DNA of 32,000 nt from Ruminococcus albus 7 = DSM 20455 (GTDB lineage Bacteria > Bacillota > Clostridia > Oscillospirales > Ruminococcaceae): contig NC_014833.1 in the NCBI RefSeq assembly GCF_000179635.2, positions 2,340,001 through 2,372,000 of the forward strand, in the 5' to 3' direction. Below, in pieces: positions 1 to 9,638 of the stretch (position 1 is the stretch's first letter; the number at the start of each line of letters is the position of its first letter). The translations under genes were made by a program, and so were the position numbers. Under the pieces are notes generated by a model. That model made no database searches. It had not been told where the DNA came from and was given only the letters and a program-made list of their open reading frames with translations.

Positions 1-393
1 CTGTGGCTTTCCTGCAAAGGCATGGGGCTGAATGACCTTGATGATTCGAGAGATGGCATAGCAAGATATCTGGAAAGAAATCCCGAAACGTGCTTTGTGG
101 CTGAGGACAACGCTGAAATAGTTGGTGTGATAATCGCAGGTCATGACGGCAGACGCGGTTACATTTACCACACTGCAGTTTCTCCCGATCACAGAGGACA
201 GGGCATCGGTACAAAGCTTGTAGATGCGGCTATGAAAGCACTCAAAGATCAGGGCATTAACAAGGCTGCGCTTGTATGCTTCTCGAAAAACGAAGGCGGG
301 AACACTTTCTGGGAGAAGGCAGGGTTCAGTCACAGGACTGACCTGACCTACAGGAACAAGGCAATTTCCGAAATGAAAAGAATAGATACGTAA
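1..393 (+). CDS. GNAT family N-acetyltransferase (5' end probably outside window)
   Basis: Frame is open from nt 1; first Met at 22. HRGQGIGTKLV matches the acetyl-CoA-binding motif A (Q/R-x-x-G-x-G/A), and the C-terminal FWEKAGF is typical of the GNAT fold. Only 123 aa from the first Met, so the N-terminus is likely cut by the window edge. Confidence 0.75.
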   Translation: MWLSCKGMGLNDLDDSRDGIARYLERNPETCFVAEDNAEIVGVIIAGHDGRRGYIYHTAVSPDHRGQGIGTKLVDAAMKALKDQGINKAALVCFSKNEGGNTFWEKAGFSHRTDLTYRNKAISEMKRIDT

Positions 394-426
394 ATAAATA
401 ATCTCAAATAACGGAGGTATTACAAT

Positions 427-1341
427 ATGAACCACTTACTCAAAATGCTTGATCTTTCAAAAGAGGAGATAATTGACATACTCAATCTGGCTGATCAGCT
501 GAAATATGAAAACAAGAACGGAATCGAACATAAGGTGCTGAAGGGCAAGACTCTCGGCATGATATTCCAGAAGTCTTCCACACGTACACGTGTTTCTTTT
601 GAGACAGGTATGTATCAGCTGGGCGGACAGGCACTGTTCCTCTCTAACCGCGATCTTCAGATTGGCAGAGGTGAACCTGTTCAGGATACAGCAAGAGTAC
701 TCTCTCGTTACCTGGACGGTATCATGATCCGTACCTTTGAGCAGAAGGAAGTTGAAGATCTGGCTCAGTACGGTTCTATCCCGATAATAAACGGTCTGAC
801 AGATTTCTGCCACCCTTGTCAGGTGCTTGCAGACCTTATGACTATCCGTGAGTTCAAGGGTCAGTTTGAAGGTCTGAAGATGTGCTACATCGGTGACGGA
901 AACAACATGGCTAACTCCCTGATCGTCGGCGGACTTAAAGTCGGCATGAGCGTATCCATCGCTTGCCCCGAGGGCTATCGTCCCGATCCCGAGGTACTGG
1001 AATTCGCAAAGCAGTACGGTGATAAGTTCTTTATGACCGACAAGCCTATCGAAGCCGCTAAGGACGCAGACGTTCTGTTCACAGACGTATGGACTTCAAT
1101 GGGTGAAGAAGCTGAGACCGAGAAGCGTAAGGTAGCTTTTGCAGGATATCAGATAAATGACGATATAATGGCTGCAGCTAAACCTGATGCAATGGTACAG
1201 CACTGCCTGCCTGCACACCGTGAAGAAGAGATCACCGAGAAGGTATTCGAGGCTCACGCAAACGAGATATTTGAGGAAGCTGAAAACAGACTTCACGCTC
1301 AGAAGGCTGTAATGGTCAAGGTAATGGGCGGAAATAAGTAA
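427..1341 (+). CDS. argF: ornithine carbamoyltransferase
   Basis: 304 aa. Has the carbamoyl-phosphate motif SSTRTRVSFE, the HPCQ ornithine-binding motif and the HCLPAHR motif. GGAGG RBS upstream. Confidence 0.93.
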   Translation: MNHLLKMLDLSKEEIIDILNLADQLKYENKNGIEHKVLKGKTLGMIFQKSSTRTRVSFETGMYQLGGQALFLSNRDLQIGRGEPVQDTARVLSRYLDGIMIRTFEQKEVEDLAQYGSIPIINGLTDFCHPCQVLADLMTIREFKGQFEGLKMCYIGDGNNMANSLIVGGLKVGMSVSIACPEGYRPDPEVLEFAKQYGDKFFMTDKPIEAAKDADVLFTDVWTSMGEEAETEKRKVAFAGYQINDDIMAAAKPDAMVQHCLPAHREEEITEKVFEAHANEIFEEAENRLHAQKAVMVKVMGGNK

Positions 1342-1360
1342 TATAACTATTATATCTAAA

Positions 1361-1410
1361 ACAAAGACAGATACATCGTTATTTCAAATGATGTATCTGT
1401 CTTATTTCTT
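1361..1410. terminator. bidirectional intrinsic terminator between convergent argF and the XRE regulator
   Basis: 14-bp perfect stem AAGACAGATACATC (1364-1377) / GATGTATCTGTCTT (1390-1403), A-rich on the left and T-rich on the right. Confidence 0.8.
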
Positions 1411-1422
1411 ATGTACCCCTCT

Positions 1423-1863
1423 TTACTTTTTCCAGTGTGAAAGTTCAGGAAGTGTTTTAGAAAGGTATTCCCTTGCCTGTTCAGAAGTAAACTGCTCATT
1501 AGATATATGATCAGCAAGAAAGTCGATAAGTTCATCAAGGGATGAATAAACATACTTGCCGTCAGTATAGCACCACTTGCAGTAATCCTCATTGAATGTT
1601 CCGTCCGCTTCTCTGCTGAGCACTGAATCATCAAGTGGCATTCCGCAGCATTGACAAATGAGCTTTCTCGGTGAACCAAGTATAGTGTTGATAGATACTT
1701 CAAACAATACAGAAAGCAGTTTCAATGTTTCAGTGTTCGGTACGGTATCTCCGTTCTCCCATCGAGATACAGCCTGTCGGGTGACATAGACCTTTTCAGC
1801 AAGCTCCTCCTGAGATAAACCTCGTTTTACGCGAAGTTCACGAATGATATTTTTGTTGTCCAT
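1423..1863 (-). CDS. XRE-family HTH transcriptional regulator with C-terminal zinc-ribbon domain
   Basis: The N-terminus LSQEELAEKVYVTRQAVSRWENG is a classic Cro/C1 HTH. The C-terminal half carries CQCCG...CKWC (four Cys, zinc-ribbon-like). Confidence 0.8.
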   Translation of the reverse strand: MDNKNIIRELRVKRGLSQEELAEKVYVTRQAVSRWENGDTVPNTETLKLLSVLFEVSINTILGSPRKLICQCCGMPLDDSVLSREADGTFNEDYCKWCYTDGKYVYSSLDELIDFLADHISNEQFTSEQAREYLSKTLPELSHWKK

Positions 1864-2020
1864 GATATGATCTCCTCCTTCTTTGTATACATTATAACAT
1901 CAAATCCCTGATAATTCAAGCAACCTGCTGTTGCTCCTACTATGCTTGTCCGTCACAGGAATACAAGCGTATTTCACAAACGTACACAAGAAACTTTAGT
2001 AAAGTTTGTATATTTGACTA

Positions 2021-2049
2021 TTGACTATTTTAGTGAAATTGGGTATACT
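2021..2049 (+). promoter_or_regulatory. sigma-A type promoter for aspartate kinase
   Basis: TTGACT (2021-2026), 17-nt spacer, TATACT (2044-2049), about 65 nt upstream of the ATG. The -35 element is tandemly duplicated (TTGACTATTGACTAT). Confidence 0.6.
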
Positions 2050-2112
2050 TTTTAAGGTGCTTAAAATGCATGATAAATATTTCTATTATAATTAAAAGGG
2101 GTCTGAACACTA

Positions 2113-3432
2113 ATGACTAAGGTAGTTAAATTCGGCGGAAGCTCACTGGCAAGCGCTGAACAGTTCAAGAAAGTCAAGGATATAATCACAGCTGAGGATT
2201 CAAGAAGATTTGTAGTTCCCTCTGCGCCAGGCAAGAGATTCTCTGCGGACACAAAGGTAACTGATATGCTCTACGGCTGCTATGATCTTGCTGCTAAGGG
2301 CAAGGATTTCACAAAGGAATTTGAAGCTATAAAGGAAAGATACAACGGTATAATCAATGACCTTGGTCTTGATATCAATCTTGATAATGAATTTGATGTC
2401 ATCAAGGCTTGTTTCATCGGTAAGGCAGGCAGAGATTATGCTGCATCCAGAGGTGAGTTCCTGAATGGTATGGTACTTGCTAACTATTTGGGCTATAACT
2501 TCATCGACGCTGCTGATGTTATTTTCTTCGATGACAGAGGACAGTTTGATGCAAAGCGTACTAATAAGGTACTCTCCGAAAGACTTGAGGGACTTGAGAA
2601 TGCAGTTGTTCCCGGTTTCTACGGCTCTATGCCCAATGATACTATCAAGACTTTCTCAAGAGGCGGTTCTGATATCACAGGTTCTATCGTAGCTGCTGCT
2701 GTAAATGCAGATCTCTATGAGAACTGGACTGATACTTCAGGATTCCTGACAACTGACCCCAGGATCGTTAAAGATCCCGCTCCTATAACAACTATCACTT
2801 ATAAGGAGCTGAGAGAGCTTTCTTACATGGGCGCAAGCGTATTCCATGAGGATGCTATCTTCCCTGTCAGAAAAGCAGGAATCGCTATAAACATCAAGAA
2901 CACAAATGATCCCGAGGCTCCCGGCACACTTATTGTTGAGTCCACTTCTCAGAAGCCCGCATTCACCATAACAGGTATTGCCGGCAAGAAGGGCTTCACT
3001 GTTATCAATATCGAAAAAGATATGATGAACGCTGAGCTTGGTTTCGGCAGAAGAGTACTTGAAGTATTCGAGAAGAACGGTGTAAGCTTTGAGCATATGC
3101 CTTCAGGTATCGATACTATGTCTGTAATAGTTACTCAGGAAGAATTTGCAGATAAGGAGCAGGAGATACTTGCAGGTCTTCACAGAAACTGCCACCCCGA
3201 TATGATCGAGATCGAGACAGATCTTGCACTCATCGCTGTTGTTGGCAGAGCTATGAAGGCAAACAGAGGTACTGCAGGCAGAATATTCTCTGCACTGGCT
3301 CATGCTCATGTAAATGTTAAGATGATAGATCAGGGCTCCAGTGAGCTGAATGTTATCATCGGTGTCAGCGAAAGTGATTTTGAGACTGCTGTTAAGTCGA
3401 TCTACGATATATTCGTTGAAACAAAGCTTTGA
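2113..3432 (+). CDS. lysC: aspartate kinase
   Basis: 439 aa. The N-terminal VVKFGGSSLAS is the amino-acid-kinase glycine motif. The C-terminal region (ALIAVVGRAM...VNVKMIDQGSSELNVIIGV) matches ACT regulatory domains. Confidence 0.9.
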   Translation: MTKVVKFGGSSLASAEQFKKVKDIITAEDSRRFVVPSAPGKRFSADTKVTDMLYGCYDLAAKGKDFTKEFEAIKERYNGIINDLGLDINLDNEFDVIKACFIGKAGRDYAASRGEFLNGMVLANYLGYNFIDAADVIFFDDRGQFDAKRTNKVLSERLEGLENAVVPGFYGSMPNDTIKTFSRGGSDITGSIVAAAVNADLYENWTDTSGFLTTDPRIVKDPAPITTITYKELRELSYMGASVFHEDAIFPVRKAGIAINIKNTNDPEAPGTLIVESTSQKPAFTITGIAGKKGFTVINIEKDMMNAELGFGRRVLEVFEKNGVSFEHMPSGIDTMSVIVTQEEFADKEQEILAGLHRNCHPDMIEIETDLALIAVVGRAMKANRGTAGRIFSALAHAHVNVKMIDQGSSELNVIIGVSESDFETAVKSIYDIFVETKL

Positions 3433-3467
3433 TCATAAAGCATAAGGAAGTATAGATATGATAGATG

Positions 3468-3510
3468 CACAGTCCGTACAGCAGAAGCTGTATGGGCTGT
3501 GTCTTTTATT
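3468..3510 (+). terminator. intrinsic terminator after aspartate kinase
   Basis: 15-bp stem CACAGTCCGTACAGC / GCTGTATGGGCTGTG (two G-U pairs), AGAA loop, followed by TCTTTTATT. Confidence 0.8.
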
Positions 3511-3536
3511 ATTTATCGTACATACTCAAATAGTGG

Positions 3537-3565
3537 TTGACTAAAGAAAACAAATGTTGTATAAT
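3537..3565 (+). promoter_or_regulatory. sigma-A type promoter for the TraB/GumN gene
   Basis: TTGACT (3537-3542), 17-nt spacer, TATAAT (3560-3565). Confidence 0.65.
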
Positions 3566-3683
3566 CAATATTATAGTTTATAGATATCTTGCTTGAATAT
3601 ATTACAAGCACTACTAAAAATCTGTCTGTGATTTATACAGAATAACACTCAAAAACAATACTTTAATGTGAGGACATATCATT

Positions 3684-4748
3684 ATGAATTTAGCTAAAAA
3701 AAGGATACTTCCAGTAATCTGCGCAGCAATAGTAATAGTAAGTACCGTTATGTTTACTTCATGCGGAAACAAAAAGAACAACGATACCTCTTCAAAAAAG
3801 AATGATATCTCCAGTGCTGAGAAAATCACACTTACAACAGAAAACAATATATCCCCCGATATAGTTGATGATCTTGATACTACTGGCGAATCGGATATAA
3901 CTCCTTCCATGTGGACTGTAACCGGTAAAAATGGAGCTGTCGTTACTCTTATGGGTTCAATGCATGCTCTTAAAGAAAGTGATTATCCTATGCCGAAAGA
4001 GCTGCATGATGCTTATGACAGCGCTGATATACTTGCTGTAGAAGCCGATATAACCGAAGCCGGTTCCCTGACTTTTCAATCGGCTATGCTGGCAGGTATG
4101 TATTATGATGACGTAAAAGACGAACTGTCTAAGCATTTATCCCAAAAGGCTTATGAAGCCCTTGACAAGTATCTGGATCTTTATTCCCTTGATATTACTG
4201 CATATACAAAAATGAGACCATGGGCTGTTTATTCTGTAGTAGAAAATCTCCCCCTTCAACGCAGTGACTTGTCAGGTGATCTGGGACTAGACAAGTATCT
4301 GCTTATAAAGGCACATGATGATGAAAAGGAGATCTATGAAGTTGAGGGGATGGAGTATCAGTTTGATATGTTCACACAGCTTTCGGATGATTCATACAGC
4401 TTTCAGTTTGAAGCACTTGCAAACAGAACAATTGAAAGCGATATAGAGTCTCTGGATAAACTCCATGAAGCATGGGCAACAGGTGATATAGATCATATAG
4501 AGGAACTTGCTAACGAGGAGATCGAAACCGACGATAAGTACGCAGAAGCAGTATCTGAATATGAAAAAAAGATCTATATCGACAGAAACCAAGGTATGAA
4601 AGAAGCTGCTGAAAACTTCCTGAACGGAGATAAAAATGTCCTGTTCGTCGTAGGTGCAGCTCACTACGCAGGTGATAACGGCATTATCTCTCTGCTTGAA
4701 AAAGACGGCTACACTGTAGAACCCGTAAAGTATGTTAAAGATTATTGA
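3684..4748 (+). CDS. TraB/GumN family lipoprotein
   Basis: Signal peptide with lipobox (VMFTSC). GSMHALKESDYPMP and the C-terminal FVVGAAHYAGDNGIISLLEKDGYTVEP resemble the conserved H-containing motifs of the TraB/GumN family. Confidence 0.7.
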   Translation: MNLAKKRILPVICAAIVIVSTVMFTSCGNKKNNDTSSKKNDISSAEKITLTTENNISPDIVDDLDTTGESDITPSMWTVTGKNGAVVTLMGSMHALKESDYPMPKELHDAYDSADILAVEADITEAGSLTFQSAMLAGMYYDDVKDELSKHLSQKAYEALDKYLDLYSLDITAYTKMRPWAVYSVVENLPLQRSDLSGDLGLDKYLLIKAHDDEKEIYEVEGMEYQFDMFTQLSDDSYSFQFEALANRTIESDIESLDKLHEAWATGDIDHIEELANEEIETDDKYAEAVSEYEKKIYIDRNQGMKEAAENFLNGDKNVLFVVGAAHYAGDNGIISLLEKDGYTVEPVKYVKDY

Positions 4749-5032
4749 TACAGTATATATTAGTCAGATTTGACCGCTATTAAAACCTCCGGCGTGAAAC
4801 GCAGTATGTATAAGATGATACTTTAAACAATATAGCTTTATACTATTTTTTTGAGATATTTTTATAGTTTTAAATAAAGAGTTGTGCTATAATCATCTAC
4901 ATAAGAACAAACTGGTATCAGTAAAAAATATAATATTTATATCACCATAGATCTATATCCGTGAGAACAATGGCGAGTATGGTGATAATAATAAAACACT
5001 GCAGTTTGTGCGTTTTCACGAAGGGGGGTATT

Positions 5033-5602
5033 ATGAAAAAAATAACTGTTATATGGTCAAGCCCAAATCAGAATGGATTGACAGCATCGGCAAAAGACCA
5101 TATAATAAAAGGAATATCAAAATCAGGGGCAGAGGTAACTGAGATCCACCTGAACAGCAAAAACATTCAGCACTGCCGTGCTTGTGGAAATGGTTGGGGT
5201 ACCTGTAATAAAAATGGCAGTTGTGTTATCGATGATGATTTTGCAGAGATCTACGAAAACCTAAGAAATGCTGACGGTATTGTCTGGATCAGCGCAGTGT
5301 ATTGGTCTGATATGACAGAACGTTTCAAAGCATTCTTCGACAGACTTCGCCGCTGTGATGCTGCCTTCAGCCATTCACTTGCAGACAAGCGCTGCATACT
5401 TGTGGCCTGTGCGGGCGGTACAGGACGCGGTACTCTTGAATGTCTTACCCAGCTTGAACGCGGTCTTGTTCATATGGGTATGCGAACTTTTGACCGTATA
5501 CCGGTCGTACGATTCAACAGGGATTATATCCTGCCTGCACTTTATGAAGCAGGCAAGACATATATAGACTGCCTGGAAAACGGATTTGATATGTATTATT
5601 GA
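5033..5602 (+). CDS. flavodoxin-like / NADPH-dependent FMN reductase family protein with Cys cluster
   Basis: ITVIWSSPNQNGLT matches the flavodoxin-fold phosphate-binding loop. A Cys cluster CRACGNGWGTCNKNGSC resembles iron-sulfur flavoproteins. Start moved from GTG 4961 to ATG 5033, which follows a GAAGGGGGG RBS. Confidence 0.7.
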   Translation: MKKITVIWSSPNQNGLTASAKDHIIKGISKSGAEVTEIHLNSKNIQHCRACGNGWGTCNKNGSCVIDDDFAEIYENLRNADGIVWISAVYWSDMTERFKAFFDRLRRCDAAFSHSLADKRCILVACAGGTGRGTLECLTQLERGLVHMGMRTFDRIPVVRFNRDYILPALYEAGKTYIDCLENGFDMYY

Positions 5603-5619
5603 AATAAAAGGATAGTGAA

Positions 5620-5651
5620 AAGGCGCAGAAATAAGGAGCTGCGCCTTTTTT
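5620..5651 (+). terminator. intrinsic terminator
   Basis: GGCGCAG (5622-5628) / CTGCGCC (5639-5645) stem followed by TTTTTT. Confidence 0.8.
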
Positions 5652-5841
5652 GCGTCAGCATAGAAATTAAAGCAGTGCTGTATGGAGTGTAAAGTAATAC
5701 AGCTATACATGAAATTGATCGATGCGAAACTGAAAGAATATGCAGATTCAACGATATTTTCAAAATATCAGTTGACTTGACGGGTAAAATATGTTACTAT
5801 AATTTTATATGTAAAAATTCAAAGCTATGGAGCGTAAATTT

Positions 5842-7494
5842 ATGGTTAAGAAAAAAAATGACAACAAAAACCACTCTTCGGGTATACTCGGCAATAAACT
5901 TTATCTGTATCTTACCGAATTTTTTGCGGGTATGTCCGTTATGGCTGTAGAGCTCGGTGCAAGCCGACTTTTGGCGCCTTATTTCAGCTCATCACAGATA
6001 GTATGGACTATCATCATAGGCACGATAATGATAGCTATGGCTCTTGGTAATTATTTCGGAGGAAAAAGTGCCGATAAAGATCCTGAACCTGATAAACTCT
6101 ATAAAAGGATCCTGCTTTCAGCTGTATGGATAGCAGCTATACCATTTATTGGGAAAATTGTGATATTAGGTATATCTGCAGTTCTGGTAGTGACCGTCAG
6201 TACGAATTTTCTAATATGGGCGGCTTTTCTTGCGTGTATGGTGATCTTTGTTTACCCATTGTTCCTGCTGGGTACTGTCACTCCGTCACTGGTAAAATAC
6301 ACTACTGACAGTCTTGAGGATAACGGCAGAACTGTCGGGACTCTTGGTGCTTTCAATACAGTGGGCAGTATCATCGGCACTTTCGCCCCTACTTTTATTA
6401 CAATACCTACAGTCGGCACAGCTGTGACATTCCTGATTTTTTCGGGTATACTTCTTATGCTTGGACTGGTATATTTCTTTTCCTGCAAACGCGGCTATAT
6501 CCGTATAGCTATATGCACAGTGCTTTTCATAGTATTTTGTATAACCGGTACAGTTCTGGGGTTTGCTTTCTGGGAAAGATCACTGACTTACGAGGGTGAA
6601 TCCGTTTACAACTATCTTCAGGTCAAAGAGGACGACAAACAGGCGGCATTATCCACTAACGTGCTTTTCGGCATACAGTCGATCTACATGAAAGACGGTG
6701 GTCTTACAGGACTTTACTACGATACAGCAATGGCTGCTCCCCTTATGAGCGAAGGTGATGATATCACCAAAAAGAATATGCTGATCCTTGGCATGGGTAC
6801 GGGAACTTATGCCAAGCAGTGCAAGGCATATTTCCCCGGTATCAAAGTTGAGGGAGTAGAGATAGATGATAAAATAACAGATCTTGCACATAAATACTTT
6901 GATCTTGACGATGATATAAAAGTTACTACCTATGACGGCAGAGCTTTTCTCAATTCACTGAAAGGCGCTAACAGAAAAAGCTCCGATTCTGCTGTGAAAT
7001 ACGATGTTATCATGGTTGACGCTTATCAGGATATCACCATACCATTCCAGATGTCTACCGTCGAATTTTTTACACTGGTGAAAAACAGCCTGGCACCAGA
7101 TGGCGTAATGGTGGTAAATATGAATATGCATTCGGATAAAAAAGGCAGTATCAACGAGTGCCTTTGCGATACCATCGCATCGGTTTTCAGTAACGTGTAC
7201 ACAGTAAAGGTGGATGGAACCACCAACCGCGAGCTTTTTGCCTCCGATCTATCAGGTATGCCCGACAGACTTTATTCAGCTTCTCAGAAGCTTGAAGATA
7301 ATGATCTGAAAGCTCTCATGGAAGATATATACATGAGAATGAAGCGATATGAGGGCGGCGAAAACATCCTTACAGATGACAAAGCACCAGTTGAACTGCT
7401 GGGTATGCAAGTCATTGATGATCTTATTTCAGAAGAACTGACTTACTATAAAAAGCGATTCAAAGAAGACGGCATAAAAGGTCTTATCGATTGA
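5842..7494 (+). CDS. fused polytopic membrane / spermidine-synthase-like (class I SAM-fold) protein
   Basis: About 240 aa of multiple TM helices, then a Rossmann-like domain with LILGMGTGTYAK (GxGxG) and DVIMVDAYQD, as in spermidine synthase family proteins. ATG 5842 has a GGAG RBS; the longer ORF starts at 5827. Confidence 0.7.
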   Translation: MVKKKNDNKNHSSGILGNKLYLYLTEFFAGMSVMAVELGASRLLAPYFSSSQIVWTIIIGTIMIAMALGNYFGGKSADKDPEPDKLYKRILLSAVWIAAIPFIGKIVILGISAVLVVTVSTNFLIWAAFLACMVIFVYPLFLLGTVTPSLVKYTTDSLEDNGRTVGTLGAFNTVGSIIGTFAPTFITIPTVGTAVTFLIFSGILLMLGLVYFFSCKRGYIRIAICTVLFIVFCITGTVLGFAFWERSLTYEGESVYNYLQVKEDDKQAALSTNVLFGIQSIYMKDGGLTGLYYDTAMAAPLMSEGDDITKKNMLILGMGTGTYAKQCKAYFPGIKVEGVEIDDKITDLAHKYFDLDDDIKVTTYDGRAFLNSLKGANRKSSDSAVKYDVIMVDAYQDITIPFQMSTVEFFTLVKNSLAPDGVMVVNMNMHSDKKGSINECLCDTIASVFSNVYTVKVDGTTNRELFASDLSGMPDRLYSASQKLEDNDLKALMEDIYMRMKRYEGGENILTDDKAPVELLGMQVIDDLISEELTYYKKRFKEDGIKGLID

Positions 7495-7700
7495 AAGTTT
7501 TAAGTTAATTTTAGTTTAGTATAGTACACTTTAAACATCGATAAAAAATTATAAGGAATGATAAGAATGGAAATCGACAGCATATATATCGTAATACCCG
7601 CCTATGAACCCGATGAAAAGCTGATAGCTCTTATTGATGAACTAACAGACAAACACACTTATAATCTGATAGTAGTTGACGACGGCAGCAGCTCCGATAA

Positions 7701-7708
7701 AAAAGAAA
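7701..7708 (+). repeat. target-site duplication, left copy (AAAAGAAA)
   Basis: Identical 8-mer at 8734-8741, directly flanking the IS ends. An 8-bp TSD is the size expected for IS1595-group elements. Confidence 0.75.
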
Positions 7709-7709
7709 C

Positions 7710-7734
7710 ATGGTTATCCCTTTAACACACCACA
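7710..7734 (+). repeat. IS left terminal inverted repeat
   Basis: ATGGTTATCCCTTTAACACACCACA is the exact reverse complement of 8708-8732. Confidence 0.9.
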
Positions 7735-7822
7735 GATAATATACAATGCTGTCCAAATAAACAGACCTCAAAAACCGGAAAATATAGTATAATAGTGACA
7801 GAAACCGAAAGGAGCTGTCGCT

Positions 7823-8700
7823 ATGTCAAAAAGATTTCCGAAACCTGAGATAACACTTGATGGGATATACTCAAAGTTCGCAGATGAAAGCTTTTGCAAG
7901 GATTTTCTGCTTGATATCCGCTTTGAAAAGGGCTTTGCCTGCCCGTTTTGCGGTGGCTCTGAGTACCGCAGGATAAGGTCACGCCATCTGCTGCGATGCA
8001 AGTTCTGTAAAGCAGATATATCCGCCACAAACGGAACTTTTATGCACAGAACACATATTCCGCTCAGACTGTGGATAGTCACCGCATTCCTCATTATGAG
8101 CAACAAATGCAGCGTTTCTGCTGTTACGCTGATGAGGTCTTTGGGAGTGACCTACAAGACAGCCTGGTACATCCTTCATCGCATCAGAAAAGAGCTATGG
8201 AATGCCGTGAAGAACGCTATTTGCGCGACGGGATCGTTGAACTTGATGACACGTATCTCGGTGCTCCGACTCACGGTAAAAAGCGCGGCAGAGGTACTGA
8301 AAAAGTCAAAATGATCGTAGCTTTATCAAAGAACGCTGCAGGAAATCCCGAGTACGTTAAAATGAGCGATGTGCCGAATTTAAAGGGCATAACTGTGGGT
8401 AGATTTGCCAGGGATAATATCCGCGCTGGCTCGAAGATCGAGAGTGATAATGCCCGAAGTTACAAGAAACCGCTGGCACAGAAATACTTCCATGTTTTTG
8501 AGACATATGATCCGACAAGCGGTCAGCTGAACTGGATGCATAAAGTTATTTCAAACTTCAAAGCAATGATCATGGGAACTTACCACGGAAACGAAAAGAT
8601 CCACACAGCGTTGTATGCTGCCGAATACTGTTACAAATTCAACCGCCGCAAGCTGGGAAACAGTGCGTATTTAAGGCTTTGGGCTGCTTTGGTGCAGTGA
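7823..8700 (+). pseudogene. IS1595-family transposase, reading frame broken by a -1 shift near 8188-8191
   Basis: N-terminal part (7823-~8190): CPFCGG...CKFC zinc ribbon and YKTAWYILHRIRK. The C-terminal part continues in the -1 frame (RAMECREERYLRDGIVELDDTYLG...KRGRGTEK..., an ISXO2-like DDE domain) to the stop at 8700. The ORF track shows this as two overlapping ORFs, 7823-8314 and 8071-8700. Confidence 0.8.
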
Positions 8701-8707
8701 TCTTACT

Positions 8708-8732
8708 TGTGGTGTGTTAAAGGGATAACCAT
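8708..8732 (+). repeat. IS right terminal inverted repeat
   Basis: TGTGGTGTGTTAAAGGGATAACCAT is the reverse complement of 7710-7734 (25/25). Confidence 0.9.
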
Positions 8733-8733
8733 T

Positions 8734-8741
8734 AAAAGAAA
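8734..8741 (+). repeat. target-site duplication, right copy (AAAAGAAA)
   Basis: Identical to 7701-7708. Confidence 0.75.
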
Positions 8742-9638
8742 TATTCGACAAAGTAAAGGATAAAGCCGAACTTCTGATACACGAAGTAAACCGCGGAAAA
8801 GGTGCTGCGCTGAGAACGGCTTTCACTTATATCAAAAACACCTGCAAAGGAAGATACTATTTGATTACAGCCGATGCTGACGGTCAGCACAAGCCTGCGG
8901 ATATCATGAGAATAGCAGAAGCGCTGAAAGAACATCCCGATAAACTGGTGATGGGCTGCAGACGTTTCAAGGGTGATATCCCTCTGCGCAGCCGTTTCGG
9001 AAATAATATGACAAAAGCCGTGTTCAGATTTGCGGCAGGTGTGGGAGTAAGTGATACTCAGACGGGTCTGCGTGGATTTTCAGACAAGCTGACAGATTTT
9101 ATGCTGGGACTTTCGGGTGACAGATACGAGTATGAAATGAATATGCTGCTTGAAGCTGCAAGGGACGGTATAAGCTTTTATGAAGTGCCCATAGAGACTG
9201 TCTACCTTAATGAAAACAAGAGTTCCCATTTCAATCCGATAAAAGATTCATTCAGAATTTATAAAGATATTCTCAAGTTCTCATGCTCTTCCCTGCTGAG
9301 TTTCTTCGTCGATTACGTTTTGTATTCGGTGATATTCGCATTAAGTGGAAGCATAAGACTTTCAAACGTGATAGCAAGAGTATTCAGCTCGATATTCAAT
9401 TTTGTGCTGAACAAAAAGGTGGTTTTCAAAAACAAGGAAAATCTCTATAAAACAGCACTGAAATACTTCCTGCTTGCGGCGGTGATACTTGCTGTAAACA
9501 CTCTCCTTCTCGGACTTATTGTAAAGTACGTTATCAAAAATGAGTACATTGCCAAGATAATAGTTGAAGTACTGCTGTTCTTATTCAGCTGGAGCGCACA
9601 GCGGAGTTTCGTTTTTAAAAAGAAAGGTCTGACTACTG

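Larger units (their letters stand above)
7709..8733 (+). mobile_element. IS1595-family insertion sequence (about 1.0 kb)
   Basis: Bounded by near-perfect terminal inverted repeats and an 8-bp direct repeat of the target. Encodes a zinc-ribbon + ISXO2-like DDE transposase. Confidence 0.88.

Noticed and set aside
1864-2112. Possible lysine riboswitch or T-box upstream of aspartate kinase
   Set aside because: The transcribed leader after the promoter is only about 60 nt and AT-rich. It has no L-box or T-box conserved elements and no terminator hairpin.
4961-5032. GTG-initiated 24-codon N-terminal extension of the flavodoxin-like protein
   Set aside because: There is no RBS at 4961. The ATG at 5033 is preceded by GAAGGGGGG, and the flavodoxin fold starts right at MKKITVIW.
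7823-8700. Two separate transposase-related genes (7823-8314 and 8071-8700) as listed in the ORF track
   Set aside because: The tails of both ORFs beyond the A-run at 8188-8191 are unrelated to transposases, while the two conserved halves join there. It is therefore one gene with a -1 frame break, not two genes.
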